From assembly GCF_030384885.1 (NCBI RefSeq), contig NZ_CP128613.1: DNA of 64,000 nt, one strand, 5' to 3'. Both the position numbers and the translations under genes were made by a program. Source of the DNA: Escherichia coli (lineage in GTDB: Bacteria > Pseudomonadota > Gammaproteobacteria > Enterobacterales > Enterobacteriaceae). Under the pieces are notes generated by a model. That model was not told the DNA's origin. It was given only the letters and a program-made list of their open reading frames with translations, and did not search any database. Shown piece by piece: positions 47,195 through 56,996 of this stretch (the stretch's first letter is position 1; the number at the start of each line of letters is the position of its first letter).

Positions 47195-47947
47195 ATGATC
47201 CCGGAAAAGCGAATTATACGGCGCATTCAGTCTGGCGGTTGTGCTATCCATTGCCAGGATTGCAGCATCAGCCAGCTTTGCATCCCGTTCACACTCAACG
47301 AACATGAGCTTGATCAGCTTGATAATATCATTGAGCGAAAGAAGCCTATTCAGAAAGGCCAGACGCTGTTTAAGGCTGGTGATGAACTTAAATCGCTTTA
47401 TGCCATCCGCTCCGGTACGATTAAAAGTTATACCATCACTGAGCAAGGCGACGAGCAAATCACTGGTTTCCATTTAGCAGGCGACCTGGTGGGATTTGAT
47501 GCCATCGGCAGTGGTCATCACCCAAGCTTCGCGCAGGCGCTGGAAACCTCGATGGTATGTGAAATCCCGTTCGAAACGCTGGACGATTTGTCCGGTAAAA
47601 TGCCGAATCTGCGTCAGCAGATGATGCGTCTGATGAGCGGTGAAATCAAAGGCGATCAGGACATGATCCTGCTGTTGTCGAAGAAAAATGCCGAGGAGCG
47701 TCTGGCTGCATTCATCTACAACCTGTCCCGTCGTTTTGCCCAACGCGGCTTCTCCCCTCGTGAATTCCGCCTGACGATGACTCGTGGCGATATCGGTAAC
47801 TATCTGGGCCTGACGGTAGAAACCATCAGCCGTCTGCTGGGTCGCTTCCAGAAAAGCGGTATGCTGGCAGTCAAAGGTAAATACATCACCATCGAAAATA
47901 ACGATGCGCTGGCCCAGCTTGCTGGTCACACGCGTAACGTTGCCTGA
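47195..47947 (+). CDS. fnr: anaerobic global regulator FNR
   Basis: 250-aa [32 protein letters not shown]... with N-terminal Fe-S Cys cluster and C-terminal HTH. Confidence 0.97.
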
Positions 47948-48098
47948 TTTTTCCGCATCACTCACTATCCTTCTGTCATATCATTAAATTTTTCTGATTT
48001 ATTGATCTGGCAGAAGGTTCATCACTGTTTCATTCACCAGATATGGGTTAATCTTTTAATTACAAACTGCGTTGACAGTTGTTGTAAGGAGACCCTGT

Positions 48099-49049
48099 AT
48101 GGCTATGTATCAGAACATGCTCGTTGTTATCGATCCTAACCAGGACGACCAACCAGCATTGCGGCGAGCTGTTTATTTACATCAACGGATTGGTGGCAAA
48201 ATTAAAGCCTTTTTGCCGATCTATGACTTCTCATACGAAATGACCACCCTGCTCTCCCCGGACGAACGTACCGCTATGCGTCAGGGCGTCATCAGCCAGC
48301 GAACAGCCTGGATCCACGAGCAGGCAAAATATTATCTCAATGCTGGCGTTCCCATTGAAATTAAAGTGGTCTGGCATAACCGTCCATTCGAAGCCATCAT
48401 TCAGGAAGTGATCAGCGGCGGACACGATTTGGTGCTAAAAATGGCGCACCAACATGACCGTCTGGAAGCGGTGATTTTTACGCCAACGGACTGGCATCTG
48501 TTACGCAAATGCCCAAGCCCGGTGTGGATGGTGAAAGACCAGCCGTGGCCGGAAGGGGGTAAGGCGCTGGTGGCGGTGAATCTCGCCAGTGAAGAGCCGT
48601 ACCATAATGCGCTCAATGAAAAACTGGTTAAAGAGACGATCGAACTGGCGGAACAAGTTAATCATACCGAAGTTCATCTGGTTGGCGCTTATCCGGTAAC
48701 GCCAATTAATATCGCGATTGAACTGCCGGAATTTGATCCGAGCGTTTATAACGATGCCATTCGTGGGCAACATTTGCTGGCTATGAAAGCCCTGCGGCAG
48801 AAATTCGGTATTAATGAAAACATGACACACGTTGAAAAAGGTCTACCAGAAGAGGTGATTCCTGATTTGGCGGAGCACTTACAGGCGGGGATTGTGGTTC
48901 TGGGAACGGTCGGACGCACCGGTATTTCAGCAGCATTCCTCGGCAACACGGCGGAACAGGTGATTGATCATCTTCGCTGCGACCTGCTGGTCATTAAACC
49001 TGACCAGTATCAGACCCCCGTTGAACTGGATGACGAAGAAGACGATTAA
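48099..49049 (+). CDS. uspE: universal stress protein E (tandem Usp domains)
   Basis: 316-aa ORF starting [18 protein letters not shown]. Confidence 0.93.
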   Translation: MAMYQNMLVVIDPNQDDQPALRRAVYLHQRIGGKIKAFLPIYDFSYEMTTLLSPDERTAMRQGVISQRTAWIHEQAKYYLNAGVPIEIKVVWHNRPFEAIIQEVISGGHDLVLKMAHQHDRLEAVIFTPTDWHLLRKCPSPVWMVKDQPWPEGGKALVAVNLASEEPYHNALNEKLVKETIELAEQVNHTEVHLVGAYPVTPINIAIELPEFDPSVYNDAIRGQHLLAMKALRQKFGINENMTHVEKGLPEEVIPDLAEHLQAGIVVLGTVGRTGISAAFLGNTAEQVIDHLRCDLLVIKPDQYQTPVELDDEEDD

Positions 49050-49069
49050 CGACTCTTCAATAACTGACA

Positions 49070-49099
49070 AGGCCCGAGTTAACGGGCCTATTTTTTACT
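49070..49099. terminator. bidirectional intrinsic terminator between uspE and ynaJ
   Basis: Hairpin ggcccgagttaacgggcc flanked by an A/T run on each side. Confidence 0.65.
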
Positions 49100-49356
49100 T
49101 ACTGCTCTTCGCCGCCAAGGAAATAAATTCCCAACGGGATTGCCAGCAACACAGTAAAGACCAGGCTATAAACAAAAATCATTGATGACTGAATCACATA
49201 CATTGATGTCGTCCACTCAGACAGCGGAATATTGTACTGTTCTATCACGCCGCCGATGGTCGCGCGAGTCACAACCGACGCCGCAATAATGAAAACCGCC
49301 AACAAACCAAAGAGAAATTTCTTCCCTTTCGCTGACTTCAGTTTCGCCATAATCAT
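49099..49356 (-). CDS. ynaJ: small inner-membrane protein YnaJ
   Basis: 85-aa ORF with two hydrophobic helices. Confidence 0.8.
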   Translation of the reverse strand: MIMAKLKSAKGKKFLFGLLAVFIIAASVVTRATIGGVIEQYNIPLSEWTTSMYVIQSSMIFVYSLVFTVLLAIPLGIYFLGGEEQ

Positions 49357-49599
49357 GATGTAATCCTTGTGCAGACAAATTTCTTGTTACCTAACAGTAA
49401 CAATACCATGACATTTCACCGTTGTCTGCTCTGAAAACCTCACCTCTTAGCTGGATTTACAATCAACGCATTGATTAGTTAGCTAATGTTGCTACTTCCT
49501 TCCCTGACTATTGATGATCTGAATGAATTGTCGCGGTAAAATAGCCCCGCCAGGGGTTTCCGGCATGACGACAATTATCTGGAGGAGCCTGATAAAACA

Positions 49600-50631
49600 A
49601 TGATCGCTGAACTGTTTACAAATAATGCGCTTAATCTGGTCATTATTTTCGGTAGCTGCGCAGCATTGATTCTGATGAGCTTTTGGTTTCGCCGCGGAAA
49701 TCGTAAAAGAAAAGGATTTTTATTCCATGCGGTGCAATTTTTAATCTACACCATAATTATCAGTGCTGTTGGTAGCATCATTAATTATGTTATAGAAAAC
49801 TACAAACTCCAATTTATCACTCCAGGCGTTATCGATTTTATCTGTACGTCCCTGATTGCGGTTATTCTGACGATTAAGTTATTTCTGCTGATTAATCAGT
49901 TTGAAAAACAGCAGATTAAAAAAGGTCGCGATATCACCAGTGCGCGGATTATGTCGCGTATCATCAAAATCACCATTATTGTGGTACTTGTTTTGCTTTA
50001 TGGCGAACATTTCGGTATGAGCCTTTCTGGCTTGTTGACCTTTGGTGGTATTGGTGGTCTGGCTGTCGGTATGGCCGGTAAAGATATTTTGAGTAACTTC
50101 TTTTCCGGGATTATGCTCTATTTCGACCGTCCTTTTAGTATTGGCGACTGGATCCGTTCACCGGACAGAAATATCGAAGGTACAGTAGCGGAAATTGGCT
50201 GGCGAATTACCAAAATTACGACCTTTGATAATCGTCCGTTATACGTCCCGAACTCGCTGTTTTCGTCTATCAGCGTAGAAAACCCGGGGCGAATGACCAA
50301 CCGACGTATTACCACGACAATCGGTTTACGTTATGAGGATGCGGCAAAAGTGGGAGCCATTGTCGAAGCCGTACGTGAGATGCTTAAAAATCACCCAGCC
50401 ATCGACCAGCGACAAACCTTACTGGTTTATTTCAACCAGTTTGCTGACTCGTCATTGAATATTATGGTTTATTGCTTTACCAAAACCACAGTATGGGCTG
50501 AATGGCTTGCCGCCCAGCAGGATGTTTATTTGAAGATTATCGATATTGTACAGTCACACGGCGCGGATTTCGCGTTCCCAAGCCAGACGCTGTATATGGA
50601 TAACATTACACCACCAGACCAGGGTCGTTAA
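49600..50631 (+). CDS. ynaI: MscS-family mechanosensitive channel YnaI
   Basis: 343-aa ORF; N-terminal TM helices followed by an MscS-like beta domain. Confidence 0.9.
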   Translation: MIAELFTNNALNLVIIFGSCAALILMSFWFRRGNRKRKGFLFHAVQFLIYTIIISAVGSIINYVIENYKLQFITPGVIDFICTSLIAVILTIKLFLLINQFEKQQIKKGRDITSARIMSRIIKITIIVVLVLLYGEHFGMSLSGLLTFGGIGGLAVGMAGKDILSNFFSGIMLYFDRPFSIGDWIRSPDRNIEGTVAEIGWRITKITTFDNRPLYVPNSLFSSISVENPGRMTNRRITTTIGLRYEDAAKVGAIVEAVREMLKNHPAIDQRQTLLVYFNQFADSSLNIMVYCFTKTTVWAEWLAAQQDVYLKIIDIVQSHGADFAFPSQTLYMDNITPPDQGR

Positions 50632-50676
50632 TTCAGACATCACTGGCGTTACCCACAAGGGTAACGCCAGTTCACA

Positions 50677-52290
50677 TCAATGTTTCACAATATACATAGT
50701 CCGGCTATACGCCACATCTTCCGGGTTATTAATGGGATAACCTTTCAGCCACGGCTTGATTAATCGTCCATTGGTATATTGATAAATTGGTGCAATCGGT
50801 GCTTGCTCCATGAGGATTTTTTCTGCCGCGTTGTAATCGGCATTACGCGCTTTAACGGTATTTTCCGTCGATGCCTGGGCCAAAACTTTGTCGTAGGCCG
50901 GGTTGTTAAAACGTGAAATGTTCCCTGAATGCGTTGACGTTAATAATGTCAGGAAGGTGGAGGGTTCATTATAATCCCCCACCCACGAGGCGCGGATAAC
51001 ATCAAAATTACCTGTATTACGACTATCGATATAGGTTTTCCATTCCTGATTTTGCAGTTTGACATCTACACCAAGGTTCTTTTTCCACATCGATGCCACA
51101 GCAATCGCAATTTTTTGATGGTTTTCTGAAGTATTATACAAAAGCGTCAGCTTCAGCGGTTTTTGCGGACCATAACCGGCTGCGCTCAACAAAGTTTTTG
51201 CCTGCGCATTCAGTTCTTCCTGACTCATTTGTTCAAACGGCGAAGGCTCCGGCGTGAATCCGGCAGTAACATCTGGCGTAAAATGCCACGCTGGTTTTTC
51301 GCCCGTCCCCAACACTTTTTCGGTCATCAGGCGGCGATCTATCGTCATACTTAATGCCAGACGAACGCGCTGATCTGCCGCCGGCCCTTTTTGCGTGTTA
51401 AACGCATAATAATAGGTCCCGAGCTGCGGCGGTGTATAAACCTGCCCCGGAATATCCTTCAACAGCTTCTGATACATATTTTTGGGGAAGGATTCGGTGA
51501 TATCAATATCCCCCGCGAGATAACGCTTAGTGGCTGCGGATTCCTGATTAATTGGCAGGAAGGTCACTTTTTGCAACACCGTTTTGGCGTTATCCCAATA
51601 ATGAGTATTTGGCACCACGACCAGTTTTTCATTGACTACACGCTCTTTAAGAACATAAGCGCCATTGCCGACCAGATTTCCGGGTTTCGTCCACTCTTTC
51701 CCGCTTTCTACGTTAGCTTTTTGCACCGGGAAGAAGGCAAAATTGGCTGTTAAATTCACAAACCACGGCAACGGTTTATCAAGCTGGATTTTCAAAGTAC
51801 GGGCATCAACCGCGGTGACGCCTAGCTGATCAGGCGTAGCTTTACCATCAATAATCGCCTGTGCGTTGTTGATTCCCGCCAGCGCGGCAAACCAGGCAAA
51901 CGGCGACAACGTTTTTGGGTCAACCAGACGTTGCCAGCTGTAGACAAAATCCTGTGCCGTTACCGGTGTGCCATCCGCCCATTTTGCGTTATCGCGCAGG
52001 GTGAAAGTCCAGATACGGTTGTCATTACTTTTCCACTGAGTCGCAACGCCGGGGACAATCTCCCCTTTCTCGTTCTGATTCACCAGTCCTTCAAAAAGAT
52101 CGCGAATGACCTGAATCTCTGGCAGACCCACGGCTTTAGCGGGATCCAGCGACGCAGGCTCATCTTTAATATGGCGCACCAGCTCCTGCTTCTCTGCCAG
52201 TACTGTGCCGCTCGGAACTTCTGCAGCATACGAAAGAGAAATGCTGCTGACCAACAGCGCACAACACGTGACTGAAACAGAGTGCTTCAT
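50677..52290 (-). CDS. mppA: periplasmic murein tripeptide-binding protein
   Basis: 537-aa ORF with signal peptide; family-5 solute-binding protein, OppA paralogue. Confidence 0.93.
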   Translation of the reverse strand: MKHSVSVTCCALLVSSISLSYAAEVPSGTVLAEKQELVRHIKDEPASLDPAKAVGLPEIQVIRDLFEGLVNQNEKGEIVPGVATQWKSNDNRIWTFTLRDNAKWADGTPVTAQDFVYSWQRLVDPKTLSPFAWFAALAGINNAQAIIDGKATPDQLGVTAVDARTLKIQLDKPLPWFVNLTANFAFFPVQKANVESGKEWTKPGNLVGNGAYVLKERVVNEKLVVVPNTHYWDNAKTVLQKVTFLPINQESAATKRYLAGDIDITESFPKNMYQKLLKDIPGQVYTPPQLGTYYYAFNTQKGPAADQRVRLALSMTIDRRLMTEKVLGTGEKPAWHFTPDVTAGFTPEPSPFEQMSQEELNAQAKTLLSAAGYGPQKPLKLTLLYNTSENHQKIAIAVASMWKKNLGVDVKLQNQEWKTYIDSRNTGNFDVIRASWVGDYNEPSTFLTLLTSTHSGNISRFNNPAYDKVLAQASTENTVKARNADYNAAEKILMEQAPIAPIYQYTNGRLIKPWLKGYPINNPEDVAYSRTMYIVKH

Positions 52291-52472
52291 AAGTTACCCT
52301 CAAACCTGCGTTAATAATCATGCGTAATTATTTGTTTCGCCTTAAAGAAATGCAAACAACTTCCGGCAAAAAAGTGATACAAGATCGATAACATAGCGTT
52401 GAAGAAAAGGATTTGATAATCCGCAAAATTTGCACAACACTGCCTGTAATACTTCCTGAACCAGAGACGATC

Positions 52473-53201
52473 ATGACCGTAACTCGCCCACGCGCCGAAC
52501 GCGGCGCATTTCCGCCCGGTACAGAACATTACGGACGTTCATTATTGGGCGCGCCTTTGATCTGGTTTCCGGCCCCAGCCGCCAGTCACGAAAGTGGTTT
52601 GATTCTGGCTGGCACCCACGGTGATGAAAACTCTTCGGTCGTGACCCTCTCCTGTGCTCTGCGGACATTGACACCGTCTTTGCGCCGCCATCATGTGGTG
52701 CTGTGTGTGAATCCTGACGGCTGCCAGTTAGGGTTACGGGCCAATGCTAATGGCGTGGATTTAAATAGAAACTTTCCGGCAGCAAACTGGAAGGAAGGTG
52801 AAACGGTTTATCGCTGGAACAGCGCCGCTGAAGAACGTGATGTCGTTTTACTGACAGGTGACAAACCTGGCTCCGAACCTGAAACTCAGGCGCTGTGCCA
52901 GCTTATACATCGCATTCAACCTGCCTGGGTGGTCTCATTCCACGATCCACTGGCCTGTATTGAAGACCCCAGACACAGCGAATTAGGTGAATGGCTGGCC
53001 CAGGCGTTTGAATTGCCACTGGTCACCAGCGTCGGTTATGAAACGCCTGGCTCTTTCGGCAGTTGGTGTGCGGATCTCAACCTGCATTGCATCACCGCAG
53101 AGTTTCCGCCCATCTCCTCCGACGAAGCCAGCGAAAAATACCTCTTTGCGATGGCTAACTTGCTGCGCTGGCATCCTAAAGATGCAATGCGCCCGTCGTG
53201 A
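52473..53201 (+). CDS. mpaA: murein peptide amidase A (M14 zinc carboxypeptidase family)
   Basis: 242-aa ORF starting MTVTRPRAERG; contains HGDE (AGTHGDENSS). Confidence 0.88.
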   Translation: MTVTRPRAERGAFPPGTEHYGRSLLGAPLIWFPAPAASHESGLILAGTHGDENSSVVTLSCALRTLTPSLRRHHVVLCVNPDGCQLGLRANANGVDLNRNFPAANWKEGETVYRWNSAAEERDVVLLTGDKPGSEPETQALCQLIHRIQPAWVVSFHDPLACIEDPRHSELGEWLAQAFELPLVTSVGYETPGSFGSWCADLNLHCITAEFPPISSDEASEKYLFAMANLLRWHPKDAMRPS

Positions 53202-54141
53202 ATTGAAGCGCCGGTTCCACATCTACCGCCAGCCAGGTCGGTCCGTCAAGATCAGCAAAACTGACCTGCGGCACCAGCGGTAAAGCGGCGTTAATGGCAC
53301 GAGAGGTACACAACATGCAGCCCAGCATCAGACTGAAACCTTGTGCACGTGCTTCAGTCGCCAGCGCCAGCGCTTCCGTCAGGCCACCCGTTTTATCGAG
53401 CTTAATGTTAACCATCTCATAGCGCCCTTTCAGCGCCTTCAGATTGCTACGAGTATGACAACTTTCATCTGCACAAATCGGTAACGGATGAATAAAATTC
53501 TCCAACGCCGCATCGTCCTGCGCAGGAAGCGGTTGTTCAAGCATCGCAACGCCTAAATCCGCCAATAGCTGGCAACGCGCCGCCAACCCTTCTGCACGCC
53601 AGGATTCATTTGCATCAACGATTAGCGTCGCATCGGGTACAGCCGTGCGAATTGCTACCATCCGCTCACTGATAAGATGGTTATCCAGCTTCACTTTCAG
53701 TAATTTCGCGCCTGCCTGCCAGAGTGTTGATGCACTATTGGCCATCTGATCAGGCGTACCGATGACTACCGTCTGGGCAGTGGTGACTGTCTCGGGAAGC
53801 GTTATGCCGATCAAATCAGCCAGCGATTGCTGCTGTTTTCGCGCCGCCAGATCCCACAATGCACAATCCAGCGCATTACGTGCTGCGCCGGCAGGGAGAA
53901 TTTTTTGCAACTCCTCCCGTGTAAGCCCTTTCTCTAATTGCGGCACGACGCTCATAATTTGCGCCATTACCGAGGCATCACTTTCTCCATAACGCGGATA
54001 CGGCGTGCATTCACCGGTGCCTTTAATACCTTCTTCTTCCAGTTCAACCACCACCACGCGCGCTTCACTACGACTTCCCCGAGCAATCACAAACGGGGTA
54101 TGTAAGGGCCAGGCTTCCTCAAATACCTTAACGGTTCTCAT
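53176..54141 (-). CDS. ycjG: L-Ala-D/L-Glu epimerase (enolase superfamily)
   Basis: 321-aa ORF starting MRTVKVFEEAWPLH; the open frame extends 14 codons further upstream, to 54183. Confidence 0.88.
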   Translation of the reverse strand: MRTVKVFEEAWPLHTPFVIARGSRSEARVVVVELEEEGIKGTGECTPYPRYGESDASVMAQIMSVVPQLEKGLTREELQKILPAGAARNALDCALWDLAARKQQQSLADLIGITLPETVTTAQTVVIGTPDQMANSASTLWQAGAKLLKVKLDNHLISERMVAIRTAVPDATLIVDANESWRAEGLAARCQLLADLGVAMLEQPLPAQDDAALENFIHPLPICADESCHTRSNLKALKGRYEMVNIKLDKTGGLTEALALATEARAQGFSLMLGCMLCTSRAINAALPLVPQVSFADLDGPTWLAVDVEPALQFTTGALHL

Positions 54142-54259
54142 CTTTACTCCTTGTTGTCGCGGTGGTCTGCGGATTAAGCGCAAATAGCGTTTGCTGTGTT
54201 ATTGACAGTTAGCATAAACTAGGTGTGACGTTAACTATATGTAAACAGGAAAGATAATC

Positions 54260-54763
54260 ATGTCACAAACCGTTCATTTCCAGGGCAACCCGGTTACAGT
54301 CGCCAATTCCATCCCGCAGGCGGGTAGCAAAGCGCAGACTTTTACTCTCGTGGCAAAAGATCTGTCTGACGTCACCCTCGGTCAGTTTGCGGGTAAACGC
54401 AAAGTGCTGAACATTTTCCCGAGTATTGATACCGGTGTTTGCGCCGCATCAGTACGTAAGTTTAACCAACTGGCAACCGAGATCGACAACACCGTTGTGC
54501 TGTGTATCTCTGCCGATCTGCCGTTCGCCCAGTCTCGTTTCTGCGGCGCAGAAGGTCTGAACAACGTTATCACCCTCTCCACTTTCCGTAACGCTGAATT
54601 CCTGCAAGCCTACGGTGTGGCAATTGCTGATGGCCCACTGAAAGGTCTGGCAGCGCGTGCCGTTGTGGTTATCGATGAAAATGACAATGTGATTTTCAGC
54701 CAGCTGGTTGATGAAATCACCACCGAGCCGGATTACGAAGCAGCTCTGGCTGTACTGCGCTAA
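54260..54763 (+). CDS. tpx: thiol peroxidase
   Basis: 167-aa [20 protein letters not shown]... with peroxidatic Cys (SIDTGVC). Confidence 0.95.
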   Translation: MSQTVHFQGNPVTVANSIPQAGSKAQTFTLVAKDLSDVTLGQFAGKRKVLNIFPSIDTGVCAASVRKFNQLATEIDNTVVLCISADLPFAQSRFCGAEGLNNVITLSTFRNAEFLQAYGVAIADGPLKGLAARAVVVIDENDNVIFSQLVDEITTEPDYEAALAVLR

Positions 54764-54778
54764 ACAACTGTGCCGTTC

Positions 54779-54818
54779 ACTGAATCACCACCGGTGAACG
54801 GCAGTTTTTGATCTACCA
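54779..54818 (+). terminator. tpx intrinsic terminator
   Basis: Hairpin gccgttcac...gtgaacggc followed by AGTTTTTG. Confidence 0.7.
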
Positions 54819-54907
54819 GTCCCATTATTTTCCAGAGTTCCTGCCACTATTCCCCCTAACCGTTGTGCATTAAGATTGCTCTTTGCCATTATTGGCCCAG
54901 CGGAGTG

Positions 54908-56959
54908 ATGACTATTATGGATGATAAACAAATTACGGTCTGGCTTAAACACAATTGCTGTTCAACGGACATTCCTGCCATTGCCGAGGCACTAACGAAC
55001 CATGCAGAATGGCTTTTAGAGCTAGCGCCAGATCCTATTGAACAAGGTTGTTCATGTTTACCGCCGACAGCTGCAGCCGGTATTTTTCTTGGCGCAGCGG
55101 CGATGGTTCACTGCGGCGAGGCTAGTGGTGCAGAAACCTGGCTCGAAGCAGCCATTACTGATTACCATTTCTTTAATCCAAATGGATATAGTTCATGGAG
55201 AGGCAGTACGCCTGTTTTTACAGCATTATCGCGTTACCCGGCATTAAGAATGGTGTTATTTAACGCCGCTTGCGCAATGGAAGACTGGAATAAAGCATCC
55301 GCTGTTCTTGAATCGCTTTTCCATGCCAGCGATGTAACGGAAGATAACCCTGTCGCCCCCAATTTTACCCCTTATGCGCTGAAAGCGTTTATCGCGGATT
55401 ACCACCCGTTAGGGCCTGCTTATTATGATGAAACCTGGTTGCTGGCAAAACAAGCGTGGTTAATTAATGCGGGCGTTCTGGATGAGCGAACCTGTAATAC
55501 CTGGAAGCAATATACCCGCCATTTGCGCCATTTGATCCATAATGCACAGTTTTCCGATGCGATCTCTTTTGTACGCAGTAAAAAAGAACCATTAAATCAT
55601 ATCCATACCTACTCAGACTTTTATCTCTATGCGATTGGTTTATTTTCTTCTACTGATCAGCTAAGTGAAGCGCTAACCTGGGTAAAACAATTAATCCGCA
55701 ACAATGATGGTCATTTCCATGATCTTTTCGTTTCAACTGGCGCAAAGCGCCGAATAAAGCCTGAACTTAGTACCTTGCTGAATAATCTCTTGTACAGCGC
55801 AGAGTTTCAGGCGTTGCAGGATAAATATCTCACCGTCGGACATGATGTTGTGCATTCTGGTCCCTTCATGTCACTTTATGAAAAGGTTCTTGGCGGTAAG
55901 TCCCGAAAGCGCTGCGCGATTAGTCGAAAATTAATCTCACCCGGCGAAGCGGTTTATGAATATCGTCAGCTGGATAGTGTGGAATATATTGCAGCGAAAG
56001 CGGCCTTTCAGACATCTGAGCTAAATAATATCGCCCACCGGCATCATAATGATAGTTATCAGTGGCATGAATTTGCCGTCCAATGGCCTCGTCGGGGTTC
56101 ACTTTCTCACCCAGATATTGCCCGTTATTTGTTTGAGCGCCAGGAAGGAAAATGCTTTGATGCCGCAGAGTTTATACAACTGATTGCGGAACCGTTTGTC
56201 TTTCCGATGCGTTTCATATGGGTTGCCGGGTTGTCCTTTGAATTACATCAGTATCCGGATGCCTATTTCGTAAATGACAATATGGCGGGTGAATTTGTTA
56301 ATCTCTGCTGGATGGCTATGAAATGCGGACATGCTGGCGACATTTTCAAACAACTGGCCCACGAGCCGCATGACGTTGCTGACCCTATTTACGCCATGCT
56401 CGCCACGTTTGACCGCGCTGATTGCCGTAGCGCCGCCGCCGCGCACTTTGGACAACCGGAACTACCGGAAATAATGGCACTGGCTTTCAGTTCGAGGTTA
56501 TCGCTCGACAGCGTCCTTACCATCGCTGAGTTTGGTAAAAATCAGCCGCGATTTTCACATGCGCTAGCAACGGCCCTCCTGCGTTACAACCTGCACATCT
56601 ACTCAAACTATATGCCGCAGGTTAACTGGTACCTTCAGGGGCTGGAACACTATGCTTTGGCAAAAGGCGGTCAACTTTTAAATTTCTTTGTGCATATTCC
56701 AGAACAAATTCCCGTTCTGGCGACCATGCTGGAACATGGCGTATTAGTGCGTGGGATCGGTGAAGGTGCCTATGATGGTTATGATAATTCAGCAAATTCA
56801 TTTCATCATGCCGCCGTGATGCACTGCCTCACGCACGCGCCGGAAAAAGTCCGCTACTGGATGGAAACACCCTGGATTCAGAACTATTTAGTGAATGCGC
56901 CGCTGCGTCAAACGGCGCGCCATGTGGAAGCCTGGCATAAAAAGTTTGGCATCAAATGA
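54908..56959 (+). CDS. uncharacterised ~680-aa protein encoded between tpx and tyrR; no family recognised
   Basis: Uninterrupted frame 54863..56959 (TTG at 54863; likely ATG at 54908 or 54917, with GGAG at 54902). No signal peptide, TM segment or Walker A seen; His/Cys-rich patches (HNCCSTD, GCSCLPP, RHLRHLIHN, HRHHNDSYQWHEF, KCGHAGD). Confidence 0.7.
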   Translation: MTIMDDKQITVWLKHNCCSTDIPAIAEALTNHAEWLLELAPDPIEQGCSCLPPTAAAGIFLGAAAMVHCGEASGAETWLEAAITDYHFFNPNGYSSWRGSTPVFTALSRYPALRMVLFNAACAMEDWNKASAVLESLFHASDVTEDNPVAPNFTPYALKAFIADYHPLGPAYYDETWLLAKQAWLINAGVLDERTCNTWKQYTRHLRHLIHNAQFSDAISFVRSKKEPLNHIHTYSDFYLYAIGLFSSTDQLSEALTWVKQLIRNNDGHFHDLFVSTGAKRRIKPELSTLLNNLLYSAEFQALQDKYLTVGHDVVHSGPFMSLYEKVLGGKSRKRCAISRKLISPGEAVYEYRQLDSVEYIAAKAAFQTSELNNIAHRHHNDSYQWHEFAVQWPRRGSLSHPDIARYLFERQEGKCFDAAEFIQLIAEPFVFPMRFIWVAGLSFELHQYPDAYFVNDNMAGEFVNLCWMAMKCGHAGDIFKQLAHEPHDVADPIYAMLATFDRADCRSAAAAHFGQPELPEIMALAFSSRLSLDSVLTIAEFGKNQPRFSHALATALLRYNLHIYSNYMPQVNWYLQGLEHYALAKGGQLLNFFVHIPEQIPVLATMLEHGVLVRGIGEGAYDGYDNSANSFHHAAVMHCLTHAPEKVRYWMETPWIQNYLVNAPLRQTARHVEAWHKKFGIK

Positions 56960-56967
56960 ACGTTGCC

Positions 56968-56990
56968 GCTGCGCCTGAACGGCGCAGCCA
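56968..56990. terminator. bidirectional hairpin between the convergent unknown ORF and tyrR
   Basis: gctgcgcc tgaac ggcgcagc perfect inverted repeat. Confidence 0.5.
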
Positions 56991-56996
56991 GCACAA

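Noticed and set aside
47474-47965. 163-aa minus-strand ORF overlapping fnr
   Set aside because: Antisense to fnr, whose translation is unmistakable; a shadow ORF.
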